From the NCBI RefSeq assembly GCF_055900595.2, contig NZ_CM148325.1: DNA of 64,000 nucleotides, one strand, 5' to 3'. Positions 46,872 through 57,022 of the stretch are shown here, piece by piece. Both the position numbers and the translations under genes were made by a program. The stretch's first letter is position 1, and each line of letters opens with the position of its first letter. Below the pieces are notes generated by a model. That model had not been told where the DNA came from, searched no databases, and saw only the letters and a program-made list of their open reading frames with translations.

Positions 46872-47708
46872 ATGCCTGAACAGAAAAAAACATCCCGTAA
46901 AACATTCCGCGTGGCCGTTTCCGGTCCCACCGCAGACGGTCGCGAAATCAGTGCCGCAGATTTGCGCGCGGCGGCCAGTAACTTCAACCCTGAGATTTAC
47001 GGCGCACGCGTGAACGTGGAGCACTGGCTTTCACCGGTTCCGTCCAGTGAATTTTCCGCCATGGGTGATGTGACGGCACTGAGCACAGAAGAAATCACCG
47101 AAGGTCCGCTGGTCGGTCGTACTGCGCTGTATGCGGAAATCGAACCCACCGACCGCATGAAAAATCTGGTCTCCCGGGGTAAGAAAATTTACTCCAGTAT
47201 TGAGCTGGCACGAAATTTCACCCCTACGGGCACCCCGTATCTTATTGGCCTTGCCATGACAGACACCCCGGCAAGCATCGGCACGGAGCGTCTTCAGTTC
47301 GCCCTGCAGCAGCGCCGTTCGGTCATGACCTTCAATAATCAGCAGACGGAAGCACCGATGTTCTCTGACGCCATTGAGGCTGAAGTGATCGAACTGACGG
47401 AGCGCCGCAGCGAGGAAGGTGCGCAGTGGTTTAACCGCGTGATGAACATGATTGGGCGAGGACGCAGGGCTGACGACACCCGGTTCTCCCGCATTCATGA
47501 CGCCGTTGAGGGGATAGCCTCATCGCATGCCGACCTTCTCGACCGCTTCAGTGCACTGGAATCGCGCCATCAGGCAGACAGACAGAAAGTCGCCACCCTG
47601 TCCACTGAGCTGGCAGAGCTGAAAAACAGACTGCGCGGACTGGACGCTGATCAGCAAAGTCGTTTTACGGCAACCGGCGGGCAGTCCAGACAACTGGCTG
47701 ACTACTGA
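46872..47708 (+). CDS. O: capsid scaffolding protein (P2 gpO-like)
   Basis: start MPEQKKTS with RBS; position between P and N. Confidence 0.85.
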   Translation: MPEQKKTSRKTFRVAVSGPTADGREISAADLRAAASNFNPEIYGARVNVEHWLSPVPSSEFSAMGDVTALSTEEITEGPLVGRTALYAEIEPTDRMKNLVSRGKKIYSSIELARNFTPTGTPYLIGLAMTDTPASIGTERLQFALQQRRSVMTFNNQQTEAPMFSDAIEAEVIELTERRSEEGAQWFNRVMNMIGRGRRADDTRFSRIHDAVEGIASSHADLLDRFSALESRHQADRQKVATLSTELAELKNRLRGLDADQQSRFTATGGQSRQLADY

Positions 47709-47736
47709 CAGAAATAACCACAAGAGGTGATAACCG

Positions 47737-48876
47737 ATGAATCTGATCATGAGCGATGCCGCGCGGGCCGAGCTTTTTGCTTACCAGGCACAACAGGCAG
47801 AGATGAATAACATCACGATATCTGCGCTCTCCTCCCGCTTTTCGGTACAACCGGCAGTGCAGCAGAGATTTGAAAACGCATCAAAGGAAAGCCATGATTT
47901 TCTTCAGAAAGTCAACAGCATTGGTGTGACAGAGCAGAAAGGTGAAAAGGTACTCCTGGACACCACCGGGCCGGTTGCGCGCACGAACAGCAGTTATGAC
48001 GGCACAAATCGTCGTAACCCGCTGAATGTGGTGGACATGAAAGCGCGACGCTATGAGTGCGAGCAGGTGAACTACGACACCTTCATCTCCTACCCTCAGC
48101 TTGACATGTGGGCCGGACACCCTGACTTCCAGCTGCGTGTGAGTCGCCAGATTGCCAGACAGGTGGCACTTGATCGCATCATGACAGGTTTTAACGGTAC
48201 GCACCATGCGGAAGTCTCGGATATAAAAAAACACCCGCGACTTGAGGACGTCAATAAGGGGTGGCTGCAGGATATCAGGGACCAGGCCCCGCAACGCGTC
48301 ATGAAAGACGTGATGCTGACTGCGCGCAATATGGACAATTCGGTGGCATACACCGGCAGATACGCCAATCCCGATGCACTGATCCAGGATGCACGCTCAT
48401 CCCTGCTTGACGAATGGCACAAGGACGCAGACGACCTCGTTGTCATCATGGGGCGAAACCTCTTTAACTCCCTGCGCCTGCCGGTCCTGAACAGTATCAG
48501 CATGCAGAATCCGAATGCCGAACTGCTTGCCGGACAGCTCATTGTGTCAACGCGGACCATTGGCGGCCTTGATGTGTACCTTGCGCCATTTTTCCCGGCT
48601 CAGTCAATACTCATCACCTCATTCAGCAACCTGTCGGTTTACTGGCAGAAGGGGTCCATGCGTCGTCTCATGAAGGATGAGCCCGAATACAACCGTATCG
48701 CCATCTATCAGTCCGTTAACGACTGCTATGTGGTTGAGGACCATGGTAAGTGCGCACTGATTGAGAATATCAGCTTTGCCGAATATGACCATGACGCGCC
48801 GGACTGGTACCGGGACGCCACAAAAGCACTGTCAGCGCAGGCTGAAGACAGGGATGCAGGGGAAGAGGAGGATTAA
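47737..48876 (+). CDS. N: major capsid protein (P2 gpN-like)
   Basis: 379 aa; segments YECEQVNYD, DFQLRVSRQ, IMTGFNG align with P2 N as recalled. Confidence 0.9.
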   Translation: MNLIMSDAARAELFAYQAQQAEMNNITISALSSRFSVQPAVQQRFENASKESHDFLQKVNSIGVTEQKGEKVLLDTTGPVARTNSSYDGTNRRNPLNVVDMKARRYECEQVNYDTFISYPQLDMWAGHPDFQLRVSRQIARQVALDRIMTGFNGTHHAEVSDIKKHPRLEDVNKGWLQDIRDQAPQRVMKDVMLTARNMDNSVAYTGRYANPDALIQDARSSLLDEWHKDADDLVVIMGRNLFNSLRLPVLNSISMQNPNAELLAGQLIVSTRTIGGLDVYLAPFFPAQSILITSFSNLSVYWQKGSMRRLMKDEPEYNRIAIYQSVNDCYVVEDHGKCALIENISFAEYDHDAPDWYRDATKALSAQAEDRDAGEEED

Positions 48877-48878
48877 CC

Positions 48879-49661
48879 ATGCTGACACCGGCACAGGCTC
48901 ATTTCCAGCGCGTGATGGCTTTACGGGCAGGAACGGCAGCAGAAAACGAGGATATCGTGGCCCGCACGGCTCATGAGCAGGTCCTTCACCGTCTGCGCCT
49001 GGCACAGCAACGCATAAAGGGCGTCCAGGCAAAAGCGGCAAAGGCCGCGCTCAAGCGTGAAATGCTGCCGGGTTTTGCAGGCTGGATAGACGGCACGCTG
49101 GAAGCCGACGGCGGACAGCAGGATGAGGTGATAGCCACACTCATGGTGTGGGCCGTGGACTGTGGCGACCTGGCGCTTGCACTGCGCATCGGGGATTATG
49201 TGGTTCGCCACAACCTCACGATGCCTGACAACTTCGGGCGTACGGCAGCCACGGTACTGACCGAGGAAATCTGCAACCCTGTTCTGACACAGGCCGGAAC
49301 GGATGCACACGCCGATTTGTCCGGCTACATCGAACCGCTGGACACCCTCTGGCAAATTGTCGCGAACCGGGACATGCCCGATGAGGTCCGCGCCAAGCTG
49401 TGCAAGGCATGCGCCTTTGCCCGTCGTGGCCTGACCGATGCCGACAGCATGGCGGTGAGTCTGAAGCTGTTCCGTGAGGCAATGCACCTTAACCCGAATG
49501 CGGGGGTAAAACGTGAGATTGCCACGCTTTCACGGGCCCTGAAAAAGGCCGGACAGGATGAAGCCGCTGCCGCACAGGAGCCTGCGGCACAGAAAGATAC
49601 AACCAGAGAACAGACCACGACGCCGAAGGCGAAAGCGAAAGCGAAGGCGAAACGTGGTTAA
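48879..49661 (+). CDS. M: terminase small/endonuclease subunit (P2 gpM-like)
   Basis: 260 aa; position and P2-like order. Confidence 0.85.
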   Translation: MLTPAQAHFQRVMALRAGTAAENEDIVARTAHEQVLHRLRLAQQRIKGVQAKAAKAALKREMLPGFAGWIDGTLEADGGQQDEVIATLMVWAVDCGDLALALRIGDYVVRHNLTMPDNFGRTAATVLTEEICNPVLTQAGTDAHADLSGYIEPLDTLWQIVANRDMPDEVRAKLCKACAFARRGLTDADSMAVSLKLFREAMHLNPNAGVKREIATLSRALKKAGQDEAAAAQEPAAQKDTTREQTTTPKAKAKAKAKRG

Positions 49662-49763
49662 CGGCTGACCCCGTCAGAAGGCGGCGTGCCGGGCGTTCCG
49701 GTTACGGTTTTCCGTTCCCCTTACACCCGGCACCCACCGCTTTTTTTTCTGAAGGAGCGATTT

Positions 49764-50258
49764 ATGAGCATGGTCGCAAGACCGGAAGCCGCCCCTGCGC
49801 GGGACGACATCACCGACACCGACGACGGCGACGCCACCATCACCGCCGGGGCATTCTGGCCGGAGATTGTGCTGCGGGAGCTGCGCCTTGCAGTACGCCT
49901 GCCGGGCCGCATCACCTCCACACGTCTGGCGCACGTTGCCACGGGAGCCGTGGCTCACGTCACGCGGGAGCTGGAAGAGTGGCAGCAGGCGCAAATCGCC
50001 GCAGGATTCAGCACGCTGACAGACGTACCTGCCGCCACCATCAACGGTGAGAGCGTCAACGCCTGGCATTACCGGCACGCCGTCTACAGCGCCACCCGTG
50101 CCCTGATTCTGGAGCGCTGGCGGGATGTGGACACCACCGACAAGGGGGACCGCAGGGCTGACGCACTGGATGAGCAGGTGGAGGACCTGTGGCGCGACGT
50201 GCGCTGGGCGATTTCCGATATTCTCGGCTTTCCCCGTCTTTTTGTGGAGCTTGTGTGA
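49764..50258 (+). CDS. L: capsid completion protein (P2 gpL-like)
   Basis: ATG at 49764 with aaggagcg RBS. Confidence 0.8.
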   Translation: MSMVARPEAAPARDDITDTDDGDATITAGAFWPEIVLRELRLAVRLPGRITSTRLAHVATGAVAHVTRELEEWQQAQIAAGFSTLTDVPAATINGESVNAWHYRHAVYSATRALILERWRDVDTTDKGDRRADALDEQVEDLWRDVRWAISDILGFPRLFVELV

Positions 50259-50455
50259 TGAAAGTGAGGGCACTTCAGGGGGACACCGTGGATTTACTCT
50301 GTTTCCGGCACTACGGCACCACGCAGGGGGTGACCGCACAGGTACTTGATGCCAATCCCGGGCTCTGCCGCCAGGTAATTCTGGAAGCGGGACAGGAGGT
50401 GGAGATGCCGGAGCCGGAAAGGAAACAGCAACGCGAAAAGGTAAAGCTATGGTGA
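50258..50455 (+). CDS. X: tail protein X (P2 gpX-like)
   Basis: 65-aa ORF MKVRALQGDTVD... at the X position. Confidence 0.75.
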   Translation: MKVRALQGDTVDLLCFRHYGTTQGVTAQVLDANPGLCRQVILEAGQEVEMPEPERKQQREKVKLW

Positions 50456-50739
50456 CGGGATTTTTTCAGCGCGTCAGTGACTGGATCACCTTCTGGGCGT
50501 CAGTGACGGCAACAACCATTGGTGTTATGACCATCAGCGAAAAAATTGCGCTGGCCGGGCTGCTTCTGGGGTCACTTTCCGCCATCCATGCCTGGCGCCA
50601 CCGCAGGCGTACGGAGCAGGCAATGAAGCGCCGCAATGACCTTATCGCCCGCATCCTGGCACGTTCAGAAAACCGCGAGCTTCACGACGGTGAGAGACGG
50701 GCACTGGACAGCGTGAGACAGGACGGAGAAGAGCGGTGA
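50449..50739 (+). CDS. holin (probably pinholin, partner of SAR endolysin)
   Basis: 96 aa with hydrophobic helices, charged C-terminus; precedes endolysin. Confidence 0.7.
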   Translation: MVTGFFQRVSDWITFWASVTATTIGVMTISEKIALAGLLLGSLSAIHAWRHRRRTEQAMKRRNDLIARILARSENRELHDGERRALDSVRQDGEER

Positions 50740-51281
50740 AGCTGCCGGTAAAACGTTATGCGGTGGCGGCCATTGTGGCGCTGGGCGTCTCCATGGCACC
50801 CGGTGAACTGAGAACCTCACGGGAAGCACAGATAAAAATCGCCACCCGGGAAGAGTGCCGGGCGACACCGTACCGTGATATTGCAGGAGTAATGACCGTG
50901 GGATGTGGTTCAACAGGGGGCGTGGAGAACCGGGTTTACGGAGAAAAGGAGGTGGCCCGCCGCTGGGTGAATGACCTGCGGCACGCGGAAAACTGTATCA
51001 ACCAGAACTTCAGCGGTGCCGCCATGCCCCAGTCCGCCTTTGAGGCGATGACCGACGCGGCGTTCAACGTCGGCTGTACCGGCCTGATGTGGTACCGGGA
51101 CAGGAGCGGCAACCGGCAGCGCACCACCATCTGGAAGCACGCACAGGCGCACCGCTGGGTGGCGATGTGCGGGAGACTGACCGATTTTGTCAACAGTGGC
51201 GGACGCCGCTCACAGGGGCTGGTTAACCGCCGGGAGGAGTTCAGACAGTGGTGTCTTCGCGACACGGGAGGCAGCACATGA
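50736..51281 (+). CDS. SAR endolysin (T4-lysozyme-like muramidase with N-terminal signal-arrest-release segment)
   Basis: N-terminal YAVAAIVALGVSMAP; catalytic E-D-T spacing in REECRATPYRDIAGVMTVGCG; GTG start overlapping holin stop. Confidence 0.85.
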   Translation: MKLPVKRYAVAAIVALGVSMAPGELRTSREAQIKIATREECRATPYRDIAGVMTVGCGSTGGVENRVYGEKEVARRWVNDLRHAENCINQNFSGAAMPQSAFEAMTDAAFNVGCTGLMWYRDRSGNRQRTTIWKHAQAHRWVAMCGRLTDFVNSGGRRSQGLVNRREEFRQWCLRDTGGST

Positions 51282-51685
51282 GACCGGTTTACGCCGTGAT
51301 TGTTGCCCTCATGGTGACCGCCCTGACGGCAGTGGCCATGTGGCAGTCATACCGGCTGGGGCGTGCCGGTGAGGCACGTGACGCCGCAGAGCAGCAGCTG
51401 GGCGAATACAGCCGTGCGCTGCGTGAATCCTCCGCCGTTATCAGCGATGCCTCCGCCGTACTGCATGAGGTGATGACGCAGCGACAGCAAAGGGCACAGG
51501 AAGGAGAAGCCAGACGTGAACAGCTTCGCGAAATTACTGCGACGGATGAGTGCGCCCGCGCTCTTCCTGACCACCGTTTTACTGACCGGCTGCGCGAACA
51601 CACGGAACGCGCCACTGCCCGCGCCCTCCTTCCGGTTCATTCCGGCGGGACTGACGACGGGAACACGGCCCCCGCCCTTCCCTGA
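51278..51685 (+). CDS. lysB: i-spanin (LysB/Rz-like)
   Basis: N-terminal TM helix then coiled-coil; ATGA overlap with endolysin. Confidence 0.7.
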   Translation: MRPVYAVIVALMVTALTAVAMWQSYRLGRAGEARDAAEQQLGEYSRALRESSAVISDASAVLHEVMTQRQQRAQEGEARREQLREITATDECARALPDHRFTDRLREHTERATARALLPVHSGGTDDGNTAPALP

Positions 51686-51830
51686 ACACCCCACCTGGGG
51701 AAATATCGGGATATGGAGCGACAGCCTCCTGGATGCACTGGAAACCTGCAACGCAGACAAACAGGCCATTGAGGCGCTGGAGCGCCGGAGACTCAACCGA
51801 CAGAACGGAGGGGGACATGCTGAAAAGTAA
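51516..51830 (+). CDS. lysC: o-spanin lipoprotein (LysC/Rz1-like), overlapping lysB in another frame
   Basis: lipobox LLTGC after signal peptide; Pro-rich; overlapped arrangement as in P2. Confidence 0.7.
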   Translation: MNSFAKLLRRMSAPALFLTTVLLTGCANTRNAPLPAPSFRFIPAGLTTGTRPPPFPEHPTWGNIGIWSDSLLDALETCNADKQAIEALERRRLNRQNGGGHAEK

Positions 51831-52281
51831 ATCCCTGAGCACACACATGAGTACAGCGTGCCGGTGGTGCAGGGCCAACCCGGAAAAGTTCACCGTGTTC
51901 ATTGAACGTGGCGGGATAGAGACCACCGGCGAGACGCCGACGTTCGTGTACAACTACCGGCTCGTGATGTTCGTCATGGACTACACGGGCGACCTGGACG
52001 ACCTGACGCTGCCGCTGATTGTCTGGCTGGCAGAGAACCAGCCGCAGTTGCTGCTTAATCCTGAGCGCAACGGCGATATTCAGTTCACGGCGGCCATTAA
52101 CGACGACGACAGTGCGGACGTGCTTTTTGAGGTGCCGCTGCGCGAGCGCGTGCGCGTCACCCGCAGGGATGACGGCACCCTCACAACGGAACATCTGCCG
52201 GAGCCGAAATCGCGCATCCCGCAGGACGGCGACTGGTCGCACATTCTGGAGGATGTGACGTGGGAGGTGACCGGTGACTGA
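51817..52281 (+). CDS. R: tail completion protein (P2 gpR-like)
   Basis: start MLKSKSL with RBS ggaggggg. Confidence 0.8.
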   Translation: MLKSKSLSTHMSTACRWCRANPEKFTVFIERGGIETTGETPTFVYNYRLVMFVMDYTGDLDDLTLPLIVWLAENQPQLLLNPERNGDIQFTAAINDDDSADVLFEVPLRERVRVTRRDDGTLTTEHLPEPKSRIPQDGDWSHILEDVTWEVTGD

Positions 52282-52915
52282 CAGGGCTTTCACTGAACTG
52301 GACCGCACAATGCGGACCATCAGTAGCGGACTTTCCCCGCAGGCACTGAGCCGGATTGCCGGGCAGCTTGCCAGAGAGCTTCGCCGCAGCCAGCAACAGC
52401 GCATGCGTGCACAGAAAGCGCCGGACGGTACACAGTGGGAGCCGCGCAGACGGCGCATCAGCCGCCTGCAGCAGCGTATCCGCTTCATCCGGAACAACGA
52501 AACCCGCACGCTGAAAAACTGGCATCACGACGTGAGCAGACACGGACGCACCATCACCGGCTGGGATGAGGATAAGGGAGGCCTGCGCACCTTCTACCGG
52601 GAGGATATCACCCGTTATATTGAAATCAGCACCCGCCGCATCAGCCGCAACGCCACAAAGACCGTACCGATGTTTGCGAAGCTGCGCACGGCACGCTACC
52701 TGAAAGCCAGAGGCGATGCGGGCGGTCTGACCGTCGGTTATGACGGCGTGGCGGCACGCATTGCCCGCGTTCACCAGTTCGGGGAGCGCGACCGGGTGGC
52801 CGCAGGGGTGTATACGGATTATCCGGCCCGTGAACTTCTTGGAATAACACCGGCAGATGAACGGCTGATTGCCGACAGGTTACTGAACCGCATTGCGGGA
52901 GAAATATCATCATGA
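52274..52915 (+). CDS. S: tail completion/virion morphogenesis protein (P2 gpS-like, longer than P2 S)
   Basis: position after R; overlapping reading frames. Confidence 0.75.
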   Translation: MTDRAFTELDRTMRTISSGLSPQALSRIAGQLARELRRSQQQRMRAQKAPDGTQWEPRRRRISRLQQRIRFIRNNETRTLKNWHHDVSRHGRTITGWDEDKGGLRTFYREDITRYIEISTRRISRNATKTVPMFAKLRTARYLKARGDAGGLTVGYDGVAARIARVHQFGERDRVAAGVYTDYPARELLGITPADERLIADRLLNRIAGEISS

Positions 52916-53493
52916 ACGCGGAGCTTATGCGCCTTATCAGCAACATTATCAGAACCGGCGTGATTTTCGACGTGAACCCGCAGACCTGGGAGGTCCGGGT
53001 GCGCAGTGGCGGACTGGAGACAGGCTGGCTTCGCTGGAGCACCGCGCGGGCGGGCGCGTTCAGTGTCTGGGTGCCGCCAGCCACCGGTGAACAGGTGGCG
53101 TTCGTCTGTATCGGTGGTAATCCCGAAACCGCGATAATCATCGGCAGCCTCTGGAGCGATGATATCCCGGCACCGGGCAGCACACTGAAGGAAATCATCA
53201 TGACAGCACCGGACGGTGCGGTATTCCGCTACGATGCAGACGCCGGTGCACTGGAGGTTAAGGGGATTAAAACAGCCAGCATTCAGGCCGACACGCGCAT
53301 CACCCTGGACACGCCGGAGGTGGTGTGTACCCGCAAACTTATCACCGCCACCCTGGAGGTGCAGAACGGCGGCGAGATGCGCGGCAGCATATCCCACAGC
53401 GGCGGCAGCCTGACATCCAACGGTATCACCGTTCATACGCACACCCACGGTGGCGTCAGGACGGGCCCGGGCACCACGGGAGGCCCGCAATGA
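52912..53493 (+). CDS. V: baseplate spike protein (P2 gpV-like)
   Basis: 193 aa; conserved HTHTHGG-like C-terminal apex motif. Confidence 0.85.
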   Translation: MNAELMRLISNIIRTGVIFDVNPQTWEVRVRSGGLETGWLRWSTARAGAFSVWVPPATGEQVAFVCIGGNPETAIIIGSLWSDDIPAPGSTLKEIIMTAPDGAVFRYDADAGALEVKGIKTASIQADTRITLDTPEVVCTRKLITATLEVQNGGEMRGSISHSGGSLTSNGITVHTHTHGGVRTGPGTTGGPQ

Positions 53494-53840
53494 CCGCTGT
53501 TTACAGGGGGATGAACCCGCAGGGAACCGGCACGCTGAGCGACAGCGAACACCTGAAAAACAGCGTGCGGGATATCCTGACCACACCGCCAGGCAGCCGG
53601 GTGATGCGCCGCGAATACGGCAGCCTGTTACCGGACCTCATCGACGAGCCCATGAACGACACCACGCGTTTACAGTGCATGAGCGCCACGGTGACTGCGC
53701 TGGCGCGCCATGAACCCCGTATAGCACTGCAGAACGTCGATGTGAACTGGCGGGCTGGCGGACGCGCCGTGGTGACGTTATCCGGCATCATCACCGAAAC
53801 CATGCAGAACATCACATTCAGTATCACCATAAGGGAGTAA
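53490..53840 (+). CDS. W: baseplate wedge protein (P2 gpW-like)
   Basis: start MTAVYRGMNPQGTG; P2 order. Confidence 0.85.
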   Translation: MTAVYRGMNPQGTGTLSDSEHLKNSVRDILTTPPGSRVMRREYGSLLPDLIDEPMNDTTRLQCMSATVTALARHEPRIALQNVDVNWRAGGRAVVTLSGIITETMQNITFSITIRE

Positions 53841-53843
53841 ATC

Positions 53844-54740
53844 ATGCCTTCCGTTGACCTGTCACAGTTACCGGAACCGGCCATCATCGCGCAGCCGGAT
53901 TTTGAGTCCATCCTGGCAGACATTAAAACCATGATGGTGAGCTCCTTCCCGGAAGAATACCGCGCCGCCGTCACCCGTGCCCTTACTCTGGAATCCGAGC
54001 CATTGAACATCATTTCCCAGGCCATGGCCTTTCGTGAAATGCTGCTTCGCCAGCGCATCAATGAAGCCGCCCGCGCCTGCATGCTCAGCCACAGCCGGGG
54101 CAGTGACCTGGACAATCTGGCTGCCAACAACAACACCCGCCGCCTGGTCATTCATCCGGCCACTGATACCACGGAAGCAGTGATGGAAAGCGACACATCG
54201 CTGCGTCTGCGTGCCCAGTCAGCCTGGGACGGCCTGAGTGTGGCCGGACCGTCCGGCGCGTATGAGTATTTTGCCCGGAGCGCAAGCGGTCTTGTCCGTG
54301 ATGCGCGCGCCATCAGCCCGTCACCGGCCACAGTCACCGTCTCCATCCTGTCAGCAGACGGTGACGGCACCGCCGGTGAGGCGTTACTGAACACGGTGCG
54401 CACCGCCCTGAATGCCGAGAACGTGCGCCCGGTTGCCGACCGCCTGACTGTGCAGAGTGCTACCATCGTGAACTGGGAAATGGAAGCGAAGCTGTATTTT
54501 TATCCAGGGCCGGAGTCTGAACCCATGCTTGCGGCCGCTGACGCCGCTTTCCGTGCATGGCTGGCAGACCAGGGCCGTATCGGTCAGGATGTGGCCCTGT
54601 CAGCCATCACTGCAGCGCTGCATGTTCACGGTGTCCAGCGCGTTGAGGTCATAAAACCCACGCAGAACATCACCATCAGTGACACTCAGGCAGCCAGATG
54701 TACCACATTCAGCATCAGCGAAGGAGGACGCAATGAGTGA
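53844..54740 (+). CDS. J: baseplate protein J
   Basis: 298 aa at the J position. Confidence 0.85.
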   Translation: MPSVDLSQLPEPAIIAQPDFESILADIKTMMVSSFPEEYRAAVTRALTLESEPLNIISQAMAFREMLLRQRINEAARACMLSHSRGSDLDNLAANNNTRRLVIHPATDTTEAVMESDTSLRLRAQSAWDGLSVAGPSGAYEYFARSASGLVRDARAISPSPATVTVSILSADGDGTAGEALLNTVRTALNAENVRPVADRLTVQSATIVNWEMEAKLYFYPGPESEPMLAAADAAFRAWLADQGRIGQDVALSAITAALHVHGVQRVEVIKPTQNITISDTQAARCTTFSISEGGRNE

Positions 54741-55461
54741 CAGGAAAAAAACAGACAGCGCACAGCACAGTACATCACTGCTTCCACCGTCCGCAGGGCC
54801 ATTCATGCGCGCCACAGAGGCGACAGGAGTACGCATCAGTACCATACCGGTGGACGCCGACACCCTGTGGTCGCCGGACCGCTGCCCTGCTCACCTCCTG
54901 CCCTACCTTGCATGGGCATGTTCCGTTGACCGCTGGGACCGCAACTGGCCGGAAGAGACCAGACGACAGGTGATTGGCCAGTCCTGGAAGGTACACCGCC
55001 AGAAAGGAACGGTCAGCGCACTGAGGGAAACAGCCGCAGCATTCGGTTATGAGATGACCATCAGTGAATGGTGGGAGCATGGAGGGCAGCCGGGCACCTT
55101 TACTGTGACCATCGGGGCAGACACTCAGGGCATCGGCCCTGAAACATGGCTGGAGATGGAGGATCTGCTCAATGATGCACGTCCGGTTTCACGTCATATG
55201 ACGGGGCTTTATGCCGCCCTGCGTTCTGGCGTGACGGTTTACTGCGCTGCGGGAGCAGGCTGTGATGAGCTTGTAACCATTCACCAGAAAGCTCGCGCCT
55301 CCCTGGCGGGCCAGGTGACCATCATCGCAGCAGGAGACACACACACAACCGACAGTGTGACCGTACTGCCGGGGGTTCCGTCAGGTATGTACGGGGAGAT
55401 CTGTATCCGTACCGGCGCAGGTATATTCGTGAGTGAGATTGTGGAGGTTATCACCTTATGA
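54733..55461 (+). CDS. I: baseplate/tail protein I
   Basis: start MSDRKKTD with RBS aaggagg, overlapping J stop. Confidence 0.8.
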   Translation: MSDRKKTDSAQHSTSLLPPSAGPFMRATEATGVRISTIPVDADTLWSPDRCPAHLLPYLAWACSVDRWDRNWPEETRRQVIGQSWKVHRQKGTVSALRETAAAFGYEMTISEWWEHGGQPGTFTVTIGADTQGIGPETWLEMEDLLNDARPVSRHMTGLYAALRSGVTVYCAAGAGCDELVTIHQKARASLAGQVTIIAAGDTHTTDSVTVLPGVPSGMYGEICIRTGAGIFVSEIVEVITL

Positions 55462-56573
55462 ACACCGATTTTTATTCCGTTCTGACGGATGCCGGGCTGA
55501 AAAAACTGGCGGCAGCCGCAGCATCAGGGAATCAGATGAAAATCACCCATATGGCTGTAGGCGACGGAAACGGAAAAGCCGTAACACCCGGCAGGGCCGA
55601 CACCAGGCTTGTCAGGGAAAAATACCGTGCGCCACTGAACAGTCTGGAAGAAGACACAGAGAGACCGGGGCATGTTATCGCAGAAATGGTGATACCTGAA
55701 AAACAGGGAGGGTGGTGGATCAGAGAATTCGGATTATTCGACGAAGACGGCGGAATGATTGTTACAGGCAAATTTCCTGACACATGGAAGCCTGCACCTG
55801 GTCAGGGTGGAGCACGACTGATATCAGTGAAAGTGGTTGTGGCAGTATCACATACAGAAAACATTGTGCTGAAAGTGGATCCTTCTGTTGTCATGGCAAC
55901 CCGGGAATGGGTGAACACAAAAGCAGAGCAGTTAAAGAAAGAGCTCAGACAACCTGATGCAACCACCAAAACAAAAGGCATTGTTCAGCTTAGCAGTGAC
56001 ATCAACAGCACCTCTGAAACGCAGGCTGCCACCCCCGGAGCGGTAAAAGCCGTGAATGATCGTGTGGACGGAAAACAGGACGCGGATCCCACGCTCACAT
56101 CTCTGTCCGGGAAAAATGCACAGCAACTGAGGCAGCTTCTGGGGCTGGGCACGCTTGCCACCCTGAACAGGGGCACCGGTTCAGGGAATGTGCCGGACAT
56201 GAGTCACTTTGCGAGTAAAAAAGCAGACTACGGTTACCAGTGTTTTCCTGGCGGCATAATGATCCAGTGGCTGCGGATCCCCTCAGACCACACAGAAAGA
56301 GCTGTCAGTCAGGAAGCCCGGGTGGCACTAAGCGGCGTGCGACTGTTTTCAGTGGAGGGTAACTGGAACGGTAATAACATGATTAAGACCCTGGCAAACT
56401 ACCAGTGGCCGAGAGTTTTCGGGGCAATTTATGCGACCGTTGCAACCAGGAATCACGGATCTGCATGGCGAGTATATCCGGTGTCCGCGAACAAGGATGT
56501 GCGTGTCGTATCCATTGCCTGGGCGGGAGAAGGTACAGATGACACTTATGTGGTTGGGGTGGGAAGAGTATGA
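55458..56573 (+). CDS. H: tail fibre protein (gpH-like conserved N-terminus, short divergent C-terminal receptor-binding region)
   Basis: N-terminus MNTDFYSVLTDAGLKKLAAAAASGN..ITHMAVGDGNG resembles P2 H; 371 aa versus ~670 in P2. Confidence 0.8.
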   Translation: MNTDFYSVLTDAGLKKLAAAAASGNQMKITHMAVGDGNGKAVTPGRADTRLVREKYRAPLNSLEEDTERPGHVIAEMVIPEKQGGWWIREFGLFDEDGGMIVTGKFPDTWKPAPGQGGARLISVKVVVAVSHTENIVLKVDPSVVMATREWVNTKAEQLKKELRQPDATTKTKGIVQLSSDINSTSETQAATPGAVKAVNDRVDGKQDADPTLTSLSGKNAQQLRQLLGLGTLATLNRGTGSGNVPDMSHFASKKADYGYQCFPGGIMIQWLRIPSDHTERAVSQEARVALSGVRLFSVEGNWNGNNMIKTLANYQWPRVFGAIYATVATRNHGSAWRVYPVSANKDVRVVSIAWAGEGTDDTYVVGVGRV

Positions 56574-57016
56574 AAATGATGTGGTCGCCGTCTGTGGGCG
56601 GTTTTTTTGGTGAAGACAGCAGCCATATACCGGAAGATGCGGTGGAGGTTGATGAATCGATGTGGAGCAGGATGATGGAGGGACAACTTGAGGGAAAAAT
56701 TATCGTTAACGGCCCTGACGACCTGCCTGTTCTGGAAGAGCGTCCGGGACCGGGGCCAGAAGAATACCGGCATCAGGCTCGCCTTGAGCTTGCTGACCTT
56801 CGCCGACAGGGGCTGGAACACATAGAGTCGATGCGCTGGCGTGACAAAGCGGTCATGAACAGGCTGGGAGAAGAGGAGAAGCAGGAGTATAACGCCTGGC
56901 TTGACTGGCTCGACGCGCTTGACAGTACGGACATATCAGGGGCACCGGATGTGGTGTGGCCGGTGATGCCCGTCACGGTGGTTCCTGAACATCCTCAGAA
57001 AAAATTGCCGGAGTGA
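56570..57016 (+). CDS. tail fibre assembly chaperone (Tfa/gpG-like)
   Basis: C-terminal ...YNAWLDWLDALD...VVWPVMP resembles the conserved Tfa C-terminus. Confidence 0.65.
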   Translation: MKMMWSPSVGGFFGEDSSHIPEDAVEVDESMWSRMMEGQLEGKIIVNGPDDLPVLEERPGPGPEEYRHQARLELADLRRQGLEHIESMRWRDKAVMNRLGEEEKQEYNAWLDWLDALDSTDISGAPDVVWPVMPVTVVPEHPQKKLPE

Positions 57017-57022
57017 ACAGCC

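Noticed and set aside
49674-53586. Several minus-strand ORFs (49674..50339, 51793..52509, 52819..53586) across the late genes
   Set aside because: Antisense to tightly packed, translationally coupled late genes with clear phage homologues.
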